From Trichinella spiralis (lineage: Eukaryota), in assembly GCF_000181795.1 (NCBI RefSeq), contig NW_003526947.1, forward strand, positions 1,100,029 through 1,164,028: a DNA stretch of 64,000 nucleotides, given 5' to 3'. Under the pieces are notes generated by a model. It saw only the letters and a list, made by a program, of their open reading frames with translations. It ran no database searches and was not told the DNA's origin. This document shows, piece by piece, positions 39,187-53,508 of this stretch (its first letter is position 1; the number at the start of each line of letters is the position of its first letter). The translations under genes and the position numbers were made by a program.

Positions 39187-41809
39187 TAATTTCAATTCGA
39201 AAACTGACAATACTGAAATGATGTAATATAATGATGAATGGAAAAATGCCACGAAAAGTTATCTCTTATTGGTAAACGGTAATTTATTATCAATCTGCCT
39301 TCAAGTTGATTACAACTATCAATCATTTTCATTCATTCAGTATTTTTATGTCATACTATGAAAAACTGGTGCTTATGCATATAGTTAAAAAAAAGATTGA
39401 TGATTGTTCTAAAATGATGCACGTTCTCATTTTGATTTAATCCGCCCACCTTTTATGAAAAAAAAATACATTCATCGAGCGCTTCATCAACTTCTTTTCA
39501 TCAAATTTATTCATCGTTTCAAAACAAATGATATACGATTTTGATTCAGTATATATATATATATATATGTATACAAATTTTCTGTCGACACGTGACAATA
39601 ATTGCCAAGCATGGATAGCATTGCATTATGCCTCGATAATAGTATAAACTCCAATGGCTGCAGCGTAAATGAACATTGATAGTTCGAGTGATTCATTTTT
39701 GGAAGAAATGAAACGGCAGGTTATATTATTAAATTTACTTTACTTCGCATATCAAAGAAGAGTAGTACAACATTGAGGAAGAAACAACCTTGAATATGAC
39801 TAAACGAAACAGCCAATATGAGATTATTGAGGCGTTTCAACTGTATTTATGTAAAGTGGCAAAAATGAGATGTACAATTGTGATTGTAATTTTTAAGAGG
39901 TCATTTATGATGTGTGTGTGATCAGCAGTATTTTTAAGGTTCAAGAAATGAATGATGAGTGGTTTCTATGTTACTCGGGCAATAAACTAGACATCAGATG
40001 TTAAAGCACTTCCAGTGTTTACAATCGTACATGAATGATTATTTCATTTTACATGTTAGGCGTTCAAAATGATCAATCATCCCAGTTGGAACTTAAGCTG
40101 TATACTTTAAAAAGTTCAATTTAAAATTTAGTTAAGTGCATTCTTAATTATTTACTTTCTTGAAATAAACACTGCATGAGTTTATAATGGCAGATATTGA
40201 GGCAGCTTCATGGTTTTATTTCATATTTTATATGGAATAATGCATCACGTTTCACAAAGTTATTTATTTACGTGAGAATTTTACTATTTTATAAAATAAT
40301 TTTGAAAATATTTTTCACAAACGGAAGTTATTTGCATTTTCGTATGTTGAACTTTTTTGAACATTCAATTTTACAAAGTTTCACACATTTCTCAGCTCGC
40401 ATGTGTGCATCGGCTGCCTATTCTCAGCTAGAGGGCTAAATTAATTTTAAAGTGATTAAAAAACATTTTCCCTATAATATAAAAGAAAAGCAATCGCTTA
40501 TAAAATACTTTTTCCTATTTTATAACTATGAACTACTCTCTGCGAGATATAAAAATTTTTAGCAGTTTTTATTTAAAAAAAAGAAATTTAAATACCTTTT
40601 CACATTTATTGTTTTGTTTCATTGTTGAAGTGAAGTTTAAAAGAGCCTGGAATTTTGTTAAAAATAGATATTTAATTCATATTTATTTCAACAACTTATT
40701 CAACATTGGAAGTTGCAAAAATGAACAATTGAAGCAACTTTTCGTCGAACAATCAGCTTCTTTAAGCTTGAAACGCGTGCAAATTAGTGCGAAGAAAGCT
40801 AGCAACGTTACAATGGAATGTTACTTTTACTGAAGTTTGCACTTGTTGATTTATACCCTGAGAAAAGCAAAAAGTTAAACTACGCTCAAGCTGAACTACG
40901 GCATTGTTGTTGTGTTGTGAATTGTCGATCATTTTCTTCAATTCACACTTTTCAAGAACATATCCGTGAGAAAATTGTCATTCAAAAGTCACTGTTGGAA
41001 AATTTTGTAAGATGAAATGATAATTTTTCATTTTAAATGAAATTGATGGAAGCAAAAGAAAAAGTAATAAAACGTTCGCTTACTTCATAAGCAAGTGGAC
41101 AAGTGATGCCTGCAAATCGAGCAACACAACGACTCAGTTCCACATCTTCGTGTGTACTGCGAAAATCTGCCAAACAGAGGTGAACGTGAGGTGCCGTTCG
41201 GCGCAGTGCTTCGCGACTCAACAGTACACCCGGTCCACCCATACAGTAAGGCTGGTTGGTATCCAGACCAAGCTTTCCTTGTTCAAAAGGCTTACCAAAA
41301 CCAGTCTGACCAATGATCATCGGTTGACTAGAATTTAACTGAACTAAAAATGCTTCAAGTTTCTCAACTTTTACATATAAGTCATCATCGGCCCTGAGAA
41401 ACCAGTCGAAATGGTCACCATATTTTGCATGAATGTAATGGAGCATTGCCAACGACTTCTTCTGCGGCGGATAAGTATCATCAACACCGGGCAGTCGAAC
41501 AATTGGCATACCGCTGGGCAGACGACCAGCACCATCACCGACGAAAAATTGAACCCGACCAGGTAGATTTTTGGCCCACGTACGCATGATTGTACTTGCT
41601 CGTGTGTTGAGGTATTTTTCTGCAGTCATCACTCCAACAAATAACAATTGTCGACGTTTTCCAAGCACCGTTGACGCGGTGCACGTTTTGCCACATTGGG
41701 CAGCTGATCGTCGCATGAGCAAAATTCCCAACCCAAGACCGATTAAAAATAACAACCATCGCCTGACTGGACGTCCGAAAATTGTCAAACAGATTCTTTT
41801 TGTCGGCAT
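37453..41809 (-). CDS. sqv-5: Chondroitin sulfate synthase 1 (CHSY1/SQV-5), type II membrane glycosyltransferase
   Basis: Exons 41809-41084, 39103-38908 and 38663-37453. N-terminal TM segment, then LLFVGVMTAEKYLNTRA, DDTYPPQKKS, WFLRADDD, YCMGGPG and HEDVE, followed by a C-terminal GalNAc-T domain with LFLTDVD, VFFPIVFS and GWGLEDVDL. Confidence 0.94.
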
Positions 41810-44800
41810 CACATGCTCTTCCAGCCTAAGCTAATCCCACTGCCAGCATGCTTGTCGAATTTCATAAGACGAAACAATGTGAAGAAGATGAGGAAGAAGA
41901 AAAAGAAACATTCATTTTCTGCATTTTTTTTTCTGCATTCATGAAACTGAAAATAAAGCAACGTATTGACCCAGCTGACCCTGACAAATAACGACAATAA
42001 CAAAATTGCGGGCTTGTCAAGCTCACCGCCCCCACTGTGACGAACTGTCAAGGGCAGTACAGTAGCCTGGTAACCCAAATTTTTGCCCAAAAAATGCCAA
42101 TTTGAACGACCAAGCAAGCTGACATACTGCCTTCGAATCTAAGCTACTAAGCTGAATCTGGCAGCAAGCAGAAAACAAAAAATTCCAACAAAGCAAAAAA
42201 TGCCTTGTCAAAATATTTCTTTCACACTTTTTGCATGGCAGAGCTCGACATTTTTGAAATTCAATTTGAAATATATACGCATGCGAAAAATGTGCTAATC
42301 AGTGGATGGGATGTAGTGGGGGGAAAAAAACCAAGTCAAACATATATACAGACTAGCTGTACTAATTAGTAATATTTTCTGTTCAACATTTTACGTTGAA
42401 TTGTGCGGACAAAAGAAAACTACTTTCATTATGAATTCGCAAAATTTACAATTCATTACTGATCTCTGTGTATCGGTCGACATGATCAGTTGCATTGTTT
42501 TCCTTTTCCACATCACAATAAGACTAAGAAAAATATATTGCTTAAAAAATAGTTCAGGTGAATTTTGAGTTTATTCAAAGTATATGCATTTAATTTTAAG
42601 ATGTCAACTGAAATGCAAATGATGATATTATATTCTATTCTATTGCAAAATCAAATCATCTCTGTCGAAAAATTTCACAGTTATAATGTGTAAGTTAATA
42701 TTAATGACAAAGCACCAACAGCTGTACCAATACAATAATTTGTACGGTGGAAAATGTTCGGCAGTCCTATCCTATCCTATCCTATCCCATCTTATCCTAT
42801 GAAAATTTCACTTGAAAACAGTTCAGTTGCTGAATAATGAATGAGTTTGATGTAAAGTTTAAAGTATCAATTCAAATATTCATACAACCTATATTATAAT
42901 TTTAATTTTAAAGGATTTACATGCAAATAGACGTTGCATTAATTAACATGTAGTGAAAAAACTTAACTACTTAAAAGCAGAAAAATTCAATATTGTACTC
43001 TAGGATGCTTGTTTCAAATCCGTTAGAAAATTTAACATTCCTTGTATTAGGTGAAAATTCCTCTATGAACAGCTTATAAAAATTTAAATTTTTAAATTAA
43101 TTTCATATAAACTGTATAATATAAAGAAATTCAAATGAAGAAAGAAATGTTGAAAAGGGAAAAATCAGAACACTCCAAAAACATACATAAAAATGAGATT
43201 TACAGAAATTTGAAAAACATTAAAAATGATGTGAGAAAATAATAATTTACAGTTTACATTTTGAGCATTCAATTTTTCAATGCTTACTTGAAAATTGATG
43301 GAAATCGAGAAAAATGATAGTAATCTGAATAAATTACGAACGCTTCGTACAGTACATATCAAAATGCAGTGTTGACAAATAATTTTAAAAGGAAACCGAT
43401 CGTTATTTAAAAAGAGAACATGACCAAATGGCCCTAATTTGTTAGTACAATTATTACGATTTTTACGATAAGCTGTATTGCTAATGCATTGTTTTACACG
43501 TCACGCACGCAGCTCGTGGTTTCCCAATACCCCCAATAGACCCACTTCACTTGCCTTTCCATTCACTTTTGTCATGTCACTCTGTCCTTTTTCTTTTTTT
43601 TTTATATTTATCCTTGTAAAATGAAAATTTAAAAAAATTAGTCATCATGGAAAAACAATTATAAAATATAACCACCCGAATGAATCAATATGAACCAAAA
43701 TTTTCATCATATTTGTCAGCAGAGAGGCAGCAGTGAAACATAAGTTCTAGATCATTAAGCAAACACATCAACATCAACATGTTATCAGTAGTATTATGCA
43801 GTGTATATTTTGAAATTTCACTACTTATCGATATGCATATCTATTTCATTTTACAACCTTATGTGACAAATTTTTGCCAGCGTTTTTTGATTAATGAACG
43901 AGTTTTGTTTGTTTCTTTCCTTAAATGAGAGTTCAAACAATTTATATAAATAGTTGGAAAAAAGTAAAACTTTTTGAACAAAGTATGCAATTTTGAATAG
44001 AAATACAGTCGAAGATATTGAAATTATTTGAAAATTCAAAAGATAAATATAATAAAGGAAATTATAGTAATATTCAAATTTATACCTGAAAATTACTAAA
44101 AAATTCAATGCAAAACGAATGCTAAAAATTGATTTTAAAAATTGAAAATATTGCTTTCATGTAATGCAGAGTCAGGGGAAGTTTTAAAATTAAAAAAATA
44201 TCTTCAATATTTGGTTCAGGGATTTGGAAAAATTTTTTACATTTAAGTTACTCAGAATTTACTTGTTTTTATCATCACCACTCAAAAATAAATGTGATAT
44301 CTTTTTTTTTATTAAATATTAATTAAAGTGTTTTATTTTCATTTTCGTTTTTAATAAAACATGATATTATTACTTTTTTACAACTGTTAACATTACATGA
44401 ATTGTTAACAATGTTGAATTGATTGAACAATTGTTAACAATGAACATGTTATTGATGTAAACAAAGCTATCCAATGAGTATACGCTCTACAATTATACAA
44501 ATAATTTATGCCATTTCAATTCGTTTTATACATTTATTTCATGATTTTCAAAAACAAATTTCAGATGTTGAAAACTGTCGCTTGCCAAGCCACGTCATCA
44601 GTTCATTTTATGTGAATACTTACAGTATGAAATCTTCAAATAATTTGTTTTTTATTTGTTTTTAAATAACTTGTTATTAAATATGTTAATATTTATTTCA
44701 ACATTAAATTATAATAACTCTTCCAAGGTTTTGAATATGATTAATTTTCTTACTGTAACGTAGCTTTTACCTGCCAGCTGTGTAACCTCTGCTTGTCTGT

Positions 44801-46757
44801 TGTTATTCAACAGATTGCTGTCATTGCAGCTGTTTCAGGTAATTGAATGTAATATGAAGTAGCTTAAATAAATTTTGTGGTTACTCATTTTAATGATGTT
44901 GTTTGTATCCTGTTTTTGCTTGTTTAACATTCGTAAACAGAGTAATATATACTAATCTTATTCACGCATTTTGAGAATAAATAAAGTTTTTTTGGCGAAG
45001 TATAAAGTATAAAGATTAAATATAAAGTTACGAATACTTTTGCCTGTTTACTTTTTTATGTTTTAGGATTTCCTTTTCTGAATATTATATATACTTCAAC
45101 CCTGGGATTATACTCTTTTTCCCACGTTGAAATAACTTCTAGTAACGAAATGCAAAACACCTGAGCTTTTTCACCGTTTAATCATTCAGTTCAGAAATTC
45201 ATAGACATTTTCAGTAGGTCAATTTTCATTTTACTGTCTGTTTATGGCAACATAAAAAGTCAGTGTCAATATTATTCATGTTTTAAATATTTCTCACTTT
45301 TAGCAAAATTAAATCCAATGTTTGTTGTTAAATGGTTAATTGTTCTGGTTTTGCTAAATTACTTGAAGAATTTGAAAATTTCTTAATTTATGTAATATTT
45401 TTTAATTTTATTAAAAATAATTTTTAATCAAAATATATTATTAGTATTATGAAGTTATTTTCTTGATTTTCTTAAGCATCGTTAATTGCATGCATCTTAT
45501 TTAATATTTTGATATCTTTAAGATGATAAGCATTTTAAATCAGTCTATGTAACGAAAAATTTAACATTTATTGTTTACAATATTCTTAAAACGGATAAGC
45601 ATGTACAGTTCAATGTCGTACTGTAGTTACGACGGTCATCAGGTTAGTGTCGAACGGGAAAGTAGTATTGGTTGGTAGTTTGCAATTAGAAACGCAAAAT
45701 CATAGTTTTGTGTTTGCTATGTAAGTAAATAAGTAAAATGCTATGATTTACTTACATTTTAGTGCCTATTTATTTTTACGTAATGAATTCGTCTTTTGTT
45801 TTAATGATAGTTGAGGTTGTGCAATTAATGCTGAATATTAGACCATTTCTTTTTGCTTTTATGTAAATCGTAAGTTTCATTTTCTGTATTTAATATTTAT
45901 TAAATAACGAGCGATTAAATAAAAGTAATGCAATTATTATCGTCATTGTTTTTGTATGCTCTGGTCTTATTGTTATCATTAGGGAAAAATGATTTGATAG
46001 TTTATTAGCAAGATTTGTCAGTGCTACTTTGAACGTTTTATTTTAATTAGTGATAATAATGTATTACTATAATATTTTTGTGTTTGACTTGATTTCGAAA
46101 TGTAATTTTTTTTTATTTCGTCATTTCGTCCCTTACAGTTTATTGTCATGTTTAACGCATGTTTTTTTTCAAAATTTGATAAGTTTATCACTTTTTAATG
46201 AGTGATTTTTATTTTAATACACATGACAAACTTTGATGGGTTAATAAAATAGAATATACACAAGATCTACCTTAATTACGCAAGAAAAGTGAACGACAAA
46301 ATGTTGCGTATGCAATGATTCTTTCTATAATCTGCACCATGTGATTTGGTTTTGGGGAGATTTTAATCGGGCATCAGTGAAATGAAAATTGAAATATGGA
46401 AAACTGGTTTATCCAGAAAATTTGCAAAATTTCGTCAAAATTTAATCCATTTTAAATAAGTTGAAAATTGCAACTCGCCCAATATAGGCGGTATTGAATT
46501 TTTGCTACAAATATCACAAGTGCATAAAAGAATGGTCAGTATTCGATAACAGTTGTATTTTGTAATTTTTTCTGCGAATGATGTAAATAATTTTATATAT
46601 TATTTACGTTACGCCAGTTATTAGCAGTTGCTTGTATCTGCTGTCTGTACCAACCAGTGTTAAGAATAAGAATAATAATAATAGAAATAGAAATAGAAAT
46701 GCAGTGCTTACTTGAAAAATATATTGTGGGAGAAATGTTGCCGTCGATTTGGCTCGT

Positions 46758-46772
46758 GTTGCCTATGGAAAC
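46758..46772. promoter_or_regulatory. RFX/DAF-19 X-box-like element GTTGCC-TAT-GGAAAC
   Basis: Matches the palindromic X-box consensus. CCAAT/ATTGG-like boxes lie nearby (e.g. GGCCAATCA at ~46842), about 1.5 kb upstream of the zinc-finger ATG. Confidence 0.45.
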
Positions 46773-48254
46773 CTGATGGTGATTTGGTGAAATGAGAAAA
46801 TGGAATAATTTATTCTAGCATTGGGCAGAGTTTGCATTTTTGGCCAATCATTTTTGAAAAACTATCGACTGAAATAAGGTTTGAATGAAAATCTTGAAAT
46901 CGACCATTGTGCACAAAGAAACAGCTTTACACTTTTTATATTATGTATTTTTTTTGTTTCTTTTCGTTTATCATTTGATTCTGTTTTGCTGTTTTCTTTG
47001 GAAATTTGCAACATTTTTTTGCAATTTCTCTTCAGATTTTGAAATTGCTTGCTTGCTCGGCATGGAGAAAAAAGTGACAAGTGAGAATAGTGGGAGGAGG
47101 GGAGGGGTGTGGTATTTGTCGAACAATTAGCATCTTTCATGCTGGCTGATGTTGTTCGCATGGGAAACGACCATTACAGAATGTTAATGTGACAATCAAG
47201 TGTGTTCATGTTTACGGTTATGGCCAACCAGTAATGTCTTTTTTGTTCAACGTAAATCTTATCATCTGCTGAGAAGTGAAAATTTGCACTTTGCAACTGA
47301 AGTTTTTTTTTTATCCATCTGACTAAAATGGAAGCGGAAGAAAAATGGAACATTTTATTTGTGTGCTTTTATTACGATAGATTTTTTTGAAAGAAATCTC
47401 AGTTATTGTTACGAAATATGCACAATTTTTACTTCTAATATTGAAATTTGAAAAAGCGAAATTGTTTGTAATTTTTGAAACCTTGCATTTATTTTTTGTA
47501 TGTTCAATCAAGAAAAAAAATATGTATATATGTGCAGCATTTTCCGGTATAGTCGAGCTAAGGATAACTTTGTAAAAAATGTATTTTTTAATATGAATTT
47601 GATTCAAACAACAACATTCGAGTTGTTGGTGTTATTTTAATAATCTCTAGATGTGGGCAAAGCCGATTCATTCGGTTTTTGTTTTTTCTTCAATGTACAA
47701 TGCACCGATTGTTGATACATGAATGATGCAGATTGTGCGTGAATTTTTATGAATATTTGAAAGATACTTTTGAGAAATGGTGAAATGTTGAGTTTCTTTT
47801 TATCAAACCAAATTCCTTTGATTAGTAGTATGTATACTTTTTTTTGAATAGTGCTTTGTGATAAACATTTACTGAATGCAGAAAGGAAAAACAAATTGTG
47901 ATGTGAAATGTGTTCTTTGTTTTGTTTTTTTTTTATTGTAGAGGAAGTTGAGCAATGCTTCTCAAGCAGATGTTGGTTGAGTAGAAATCGAGCTATCGTG
48001 AGAAAATGCATTTGGTTGTTGTTGTTTTTTTCTGTTGCTTCAGTTTGAAAAATGAAAAATTTGTCTAAATCTATTGCCCATTCTCTGATTGAGGATGTTT
48101 AATGATAATGAAAAAAATATTTTTAATTATAATTTTTTACACGTTGTGAGAAGATATATGATAGAGGGGGAAATGAGCATTGACTTAAACTTTTTTGAAA
48201 CAGATTATTATTCAGCAAGTTTAGTAATTTTTTTTTGTATATTTTAGCTGATTT

Positions 48255-51200
48255 ATGATGGCAGCTGAAATTTGCGGTGCAGATTCTCTGCAGAACGACG
48301 ACTTGTTGTCTGCGGCGAATTTAAATCATTTTCAATCGAATGATGCAATCTTGGTCAACGACGTTGACGTCGCCAATGCGCCGGTGATTGATAGCAGTTT
48401 TTCGATGGAAAATTTGGGTAATTATTTAGCAATGCATTGTGCATATATATATTTTTTTTTAATTTAAATTTTATTTATAGTAAGCAGTGCTGTAACGGAC
48501 AACAATAACATCGCTGACAATCCTGCTTCGGTCATCAATTTGCCTGCTGAAAGCATCAGCTTGAATTGTACGCCTGATAATTTGGATTTTTGTCCGGACA
48601 GCGTCTATTCTCCTGCACCCATCGTTTCATTGTTTGTAAGTTTATTGTAATTGTTTTTTTAAAAAAAACAATATTCCACCGTTTATTATTTTCATTTGGA
48701 TAAATGTCAATTTTGTATTTTTAAGAATTGCAGCATTTGTTCTGAAACTTTTCCCACACAAGAGAGTCTTATATCTCATCGTGATTTTTGTACACCTGAA
48801 GCGTTGTTTGTGTATGTTATTATTTCAGCTTTTTTCCTTTCCTTTATCCCATGTATTATTGATAATTGAGATTTCTTTTAGATGTAACAATTGCAATTTA
48901 GCGTTGCGAGACGAGCAGAGTTACCTCGATCATGTGGAAATGTGTCCTTCATCGACACTTTACAAGTATTTGTTGTTGCAGGAGAGAATTTTTGTTGAAT
49001 TGAAAAAAATTTTTTTTTCTCAAAAATTCTGCGTATGTTTCAGATGTGATCAGTGTGACCAGTGTTTTGTGATCAAGAGAAATTTGCGATTGCACATGGC
49101 TTTGCACAACAAACAGGAATCGAAGAAATGTCCAATATGTGAAGCAACGTTTCGACGGAAAGCATCATTTCAGTGTCACTTGAAATTGCACGAGGTGGAA
49201 GAGAAATTTCGATGCGCCTTTTGCCAATCAGAACTTTGCACCCAAGTATATAATAAAACGAATCCATTTTGTGTAAGTTTAATGGAAAATGCTAATATTT
49301 GACGTGATATTTATTAGGAGGAACTTCTTGCCCACGTCTCCCAAGCACATCCCTCGAACAGCGTACCCAGCGCATTCACTTGTGGACGTTGTAGTGCAGT
49401 TTTTGAAACACAACCCGAATTGATGGAGCACAGAAATTTGCACCAAACGATGAGGCAAGGCTTGTTTGTCTAGTTGAATTTTTTTTCCCTGACAATAAAT
49501 AGATTTTAATGTGAAATTTAAAAATTACTATGTATTGAATAGTTTGTGTAGTTTGACGAATTTGTTCAATGATTTTTTAGAGAAAGTTTGCCTACTACGC
49601 AGAAACGTGTAAAAAAAGTAGTCGATAATGGTGTGCAATCAGAAAAGCGTAAATACCAATGTGACATCTGTAAAAATTTTTACTCGTCTAAAAGTGCCCT
49701 CGATCGTCACACCTTTATTCATACTGGTAAAATTTTGTCTGCTTTTTTCTTTCTTTCTTTGAAAAGAAAGGAAGAAAGAAATATTTACTTGATTTTCTTT
49801 TTTGTCAGGAGAGAGACGATTCAGTTGCGGCCAGTGTGGCAAAAAGTTTATTCAACAGCCGTCGTTGACTTCTCACGAAAATGGTCATCTTCAAAAGAGG
49901 CCTCACGTATGTAAAATTTGCGGCAGTACATTTACTCAAGTGAGTAGTTTTAATTCATTTTTCCGTTTAGTATGATTTTTTTTTACTACAATTTGAAATT
50001 ACCAACGGAGAGATGTAAAATTGATGAATGCTTCAGGAGATTCGTCATTTGTCATTTTAAAGTGCTGCAATTATTTATTTATTCTTTTTTTTTTATTCTT
50101 CGAGTAAGAAATTCATCTTGCCCAGAGGGGGGGGGAAGGAATTGATGCGGAAAATCAGTCATTTTAGTATTGTCTGGCTTAGTTGAGACGTTGGGTTGGA
50201 AAATAGTAATAAAAATAATTTTCCTACGTAAAATTTGTGTATTAAAAAGAGAAGAAGTGAAAATTTTGAATGAAAAATATGTTTTTGAGCGATATTTGTT
50301 GTAGCAGCTGTCGGGGGGTATTTTGGATATATATATATATATATATTAGTTTTCTGTTTCTTTTTAGAAAGGCAATTTGTGCACGCACATTCGTCGACTT
50401 CATCCATTCAATACGAATGGCAATTATTTTCAGTGCAGCACATGTCCTTGTTTTTTCAAAAGTTGGCAAACGTTGAATCGTCACGTCACGCAACGACATT
50501 CAGTAGTGGAAGACAATTCTAACGAATATCAGCCGAACGGCGCACTGCTTCAGTCGACGACGAATAATAGTAGTCAGCCGGCTGGTGCTACTGATGCTGC
50601 TGCTGCTGTTTTAACGACAGAAAATGAAAATTCCATACCGACATCCAATGCAAATGGAAATTCAGTAGATCAGTCTGACAACAGCAGCAACTTTTTGACG
50701 GACGTTTGTTTTGGTCAGTCGTCGTCATTGGTGGAAAATAATGCTTTGCAGCCGAAACGGGTGGAATATTCTGCCGATATGAATGCCACGTTGTTGTTGA
50801 TTCCGTTGCTCAACAGTCAGACAATTTTGCTTCAAGAAACAGGACCAGAGGAAGAAGTCGATGGACGGAAATGGAAATGTCATTTTTGCGAGAAGAGATT
50901 CAAAAGAAAATACGATCGTATGCGTCACATTCGCGTGCACACTGGCGAGAGGCCGTACAAATGCGACTGTTGCCAGTCGGCATTCAAGTTGAAAAGCACT
51001 TTGAAACGACACGTCCGAAGCGTCCACAGCGGTATAAAGGAAAAACGGTGCTACATTTGCTTCAAGGCGTTGTCGTCGGCTTCGTCGTTGAAAGTCCATT
51101 TGAGATTGCATTTCAACGAAGGTTTCGACTGCACTCGTTGTCATCGTCGCTTCACGACAACCAGCCGACTGAAACAGCACAACGCCAAACATCCCGACTG

Positions 51201-53508
51201 CGCCGCGAAGCTGAAATCCGCTCCCGTTGTTGGCAACAATGCCAACGGGACAGTGAAGCAGGCGAAATTGCCGACCCACTTGCAGCCGTTGCACGTGGCA
51301 CCGGACGGGACTGTTTCTCAGCTAGCCCAGCCCGGTTGTGCCGAAGATCCGCCGCCAACCGAACCCGACCGTGACCAGAACGATGCTTGCGCACGACCCC
51401 ACCCGTGCGGTCAGTGCAACAAGCGGTTCAAGAAGGCGTCCCATTTGCGCAACCACCGCAGAACTCACGTCAACGAACGTCCGTACAAGTGTTACCTGTG
51501 CGAACGTGGTTTTCGCACTCCGAGCGCTTTGAAAGATCACGCGCAGTTCCACGCCGGCAAGCGGCGCTATGTTTGTTCCATTTGTCGCAAGGGTTTCTTG
51601 TCGAGACGTTGTTTGACGCGACATCGGTTCGTCCACAGCGACCAGTATCCGTTCGTTTGTCCGATTTGTTACAAGCGATTCAAACGCGGTGTGGTGTGTC
51701 GTGAGCACATCCGGCGCCATCTTCAAGACGGTGAAGTCAAAAACGAAACCGTCCCAGCAGCAGAGGAACAGCACCAGCAACAGACGGGCGCTGTTTCTTG
51801 GAATTCGGGATGTTTCCCGGTTGTGGAAATTCCAGCCGACTCGCGGGCGCCGTGCGCGACCGACACTGGTGACGGTCCGACGAATGCCGGTCTCCAATCG
51901 CCCAAATATTTCTGCGACATTAGTCATTCTGTTGTGGCCGCTGCGCCTGCGTCGTTCGATTCAGCCGGCGCGGATTTGAATACGAACGTCGACTTTTTGT
52001 ACGCTCTCGACGAACGGCGTTGTTGCGGTAGTGTCGATTTCGCGGCGAATGCCGGCAGCTTGCAGTCGACGTCGACGGCCACGTTGCCGTTCGACAACAA
52101 CGACGATACCGTATACGTGTGTCATTTGTGCCCGGAAACGTTCGGACGACGAGAATTATTGGAAGAACATTCTGGCGTGTGCCATCATCAGGCGGTCGAT
52201 GAATCGTCGAACTGTTACGATCCGCGCGAACATTTGTTTCGTTGCTTTCTCTGCGCCGAAGTTTCGAACGACTTGGACTCGTTTTCCAACCACATCCACT
52301 TGAAGCACCGTCTGAATTTGTGCACATCCTGTGCCCCGTGCCGTCGTGAATTTCTGTCCGCTTTGGAACTCAGTTTGCACATTGCCAACCATCACGCGGC
52401 CAGATATTGGCAATTCGATTCCCCGTCTCACAGTGATCAGTTGTTTTTGCAAGACAACTTGCCGTCGATACCTTGGTTCGGTGACGCTCCCGGTGTGAAT
52501 TGGAACAATTCGACCGCCGACAGTTATTCTGAAACCGTAGTTAAAAACGACGCTCCTCGACCACAAGTACAGGTACCACAGGTACAGGTACAGGTACCAC
52601 AGGTCAGTGGTGCACAGGTTCGAAATTTGCCCCAACTGACCGTTGTCGCATCGAATATCATCCTCACTCCGGTTGCAAAATTGCCATCTTTACCCGGCAA
52701 GCACGTCTGTCAGTATTGTTCTCGCCCTTTTAAAAAGCGTTGTGATCTTGTGCGACACATTCGCACACATACGGGTTAGTAGTAGTAGTAGTGGTAGTAG
52801 TACTATTCGTTCATTTATCGTTTTATAATGATCGTATTTGTGTATATTGTGGTTTTTTTTTGCTTAGGTGAGAAACCGTTCCAGTGTGATATTTGCAAAC
52901 GTTCGTTCAGCGCCAGTGGTACATTGCGTAACCACCTCCGTGTACATGAACCGAAATCGTTTCCTTGCGTCGACTGTGGCGCCCAGTTTTCGTCAAAGAC
53001 GCAACTGGAAATCCATCGAATAGTACACCGTGTCATTTATCCGAGTAAAAGGAATCATTTCAGTACGGTTCGGCAGAGCAGCGGTAACGGTTCGGTGAAT
53101 TTGCCCGTTGATGGTTCTTCTATTCAGGTGATGATGTCGGTTGTAGAACTGGCAGATCATTTTTTTTGTACAACGGTCAACATATCCCTGACGGTTGCGA
53201 TTCTGTTGTAGCTGGAAACCCGGTTAAATTGTATTTGATGATGGATCCGGCTGCCGGCGGTGATGAGCATCAGCGCAGATGATCGATCATCGTTCGTCAA
53301 TGCGGACAGCAGTGGTTCTTTGTTGTTACATTTGAGAACATACTTTGATTACTTGGTTCAGAACAGAATGACGCTGTCCATCCCGAGATCGATTTTGGAG
53401 ACAAATTTTGTCAATTTACCAGAACAAGGTGTACAACGGGTCGAAATTGATGTCGGTTTGGCGCTGCGGGCATTCAAAGCTGGCTTGGGCGATTTTCCTG
53501 CGGAATAA
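48255..53508 (+). CDS. Multi-cluster C2H2 zinc-finger protein, ZNF236-like; 3' end ambiguous and may extend to ~53900
   Basis: Exons from 48255 splice in frame through the large exon 50368-52773 and 52868-53127. About 20 C2H2 fingers with TGERPY/TGEKPF linkers. Fingers such as FKKASHLRNH and FKKRCDLVRHIRTHTG resemble ZNF236. Confidence 0.85.

Noticed and set aside
9492..41809. Proteoglycan-receptor (LAR) gene near chondroitin synthase as a functional cluster
   Set aside because: They are on opposite strands, separated by two unrelated genes, with no shared elements visible. Probably coincidental unless synteny is conserved.
52558..52622. Short tandem repeat (CAGGTA/CCACAG units) resembling an array
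   Set aside because: It is a coding low-complexity QVQVPQV repeat within the zinc-finger exon, not CRISPR-like.
50725..52635. Long antisense and off-frame ORFs over the zinc-finger exon
   Set aside because: Shadow ORFs expected from GC-richer coding sequence, with no recognisable protein features.
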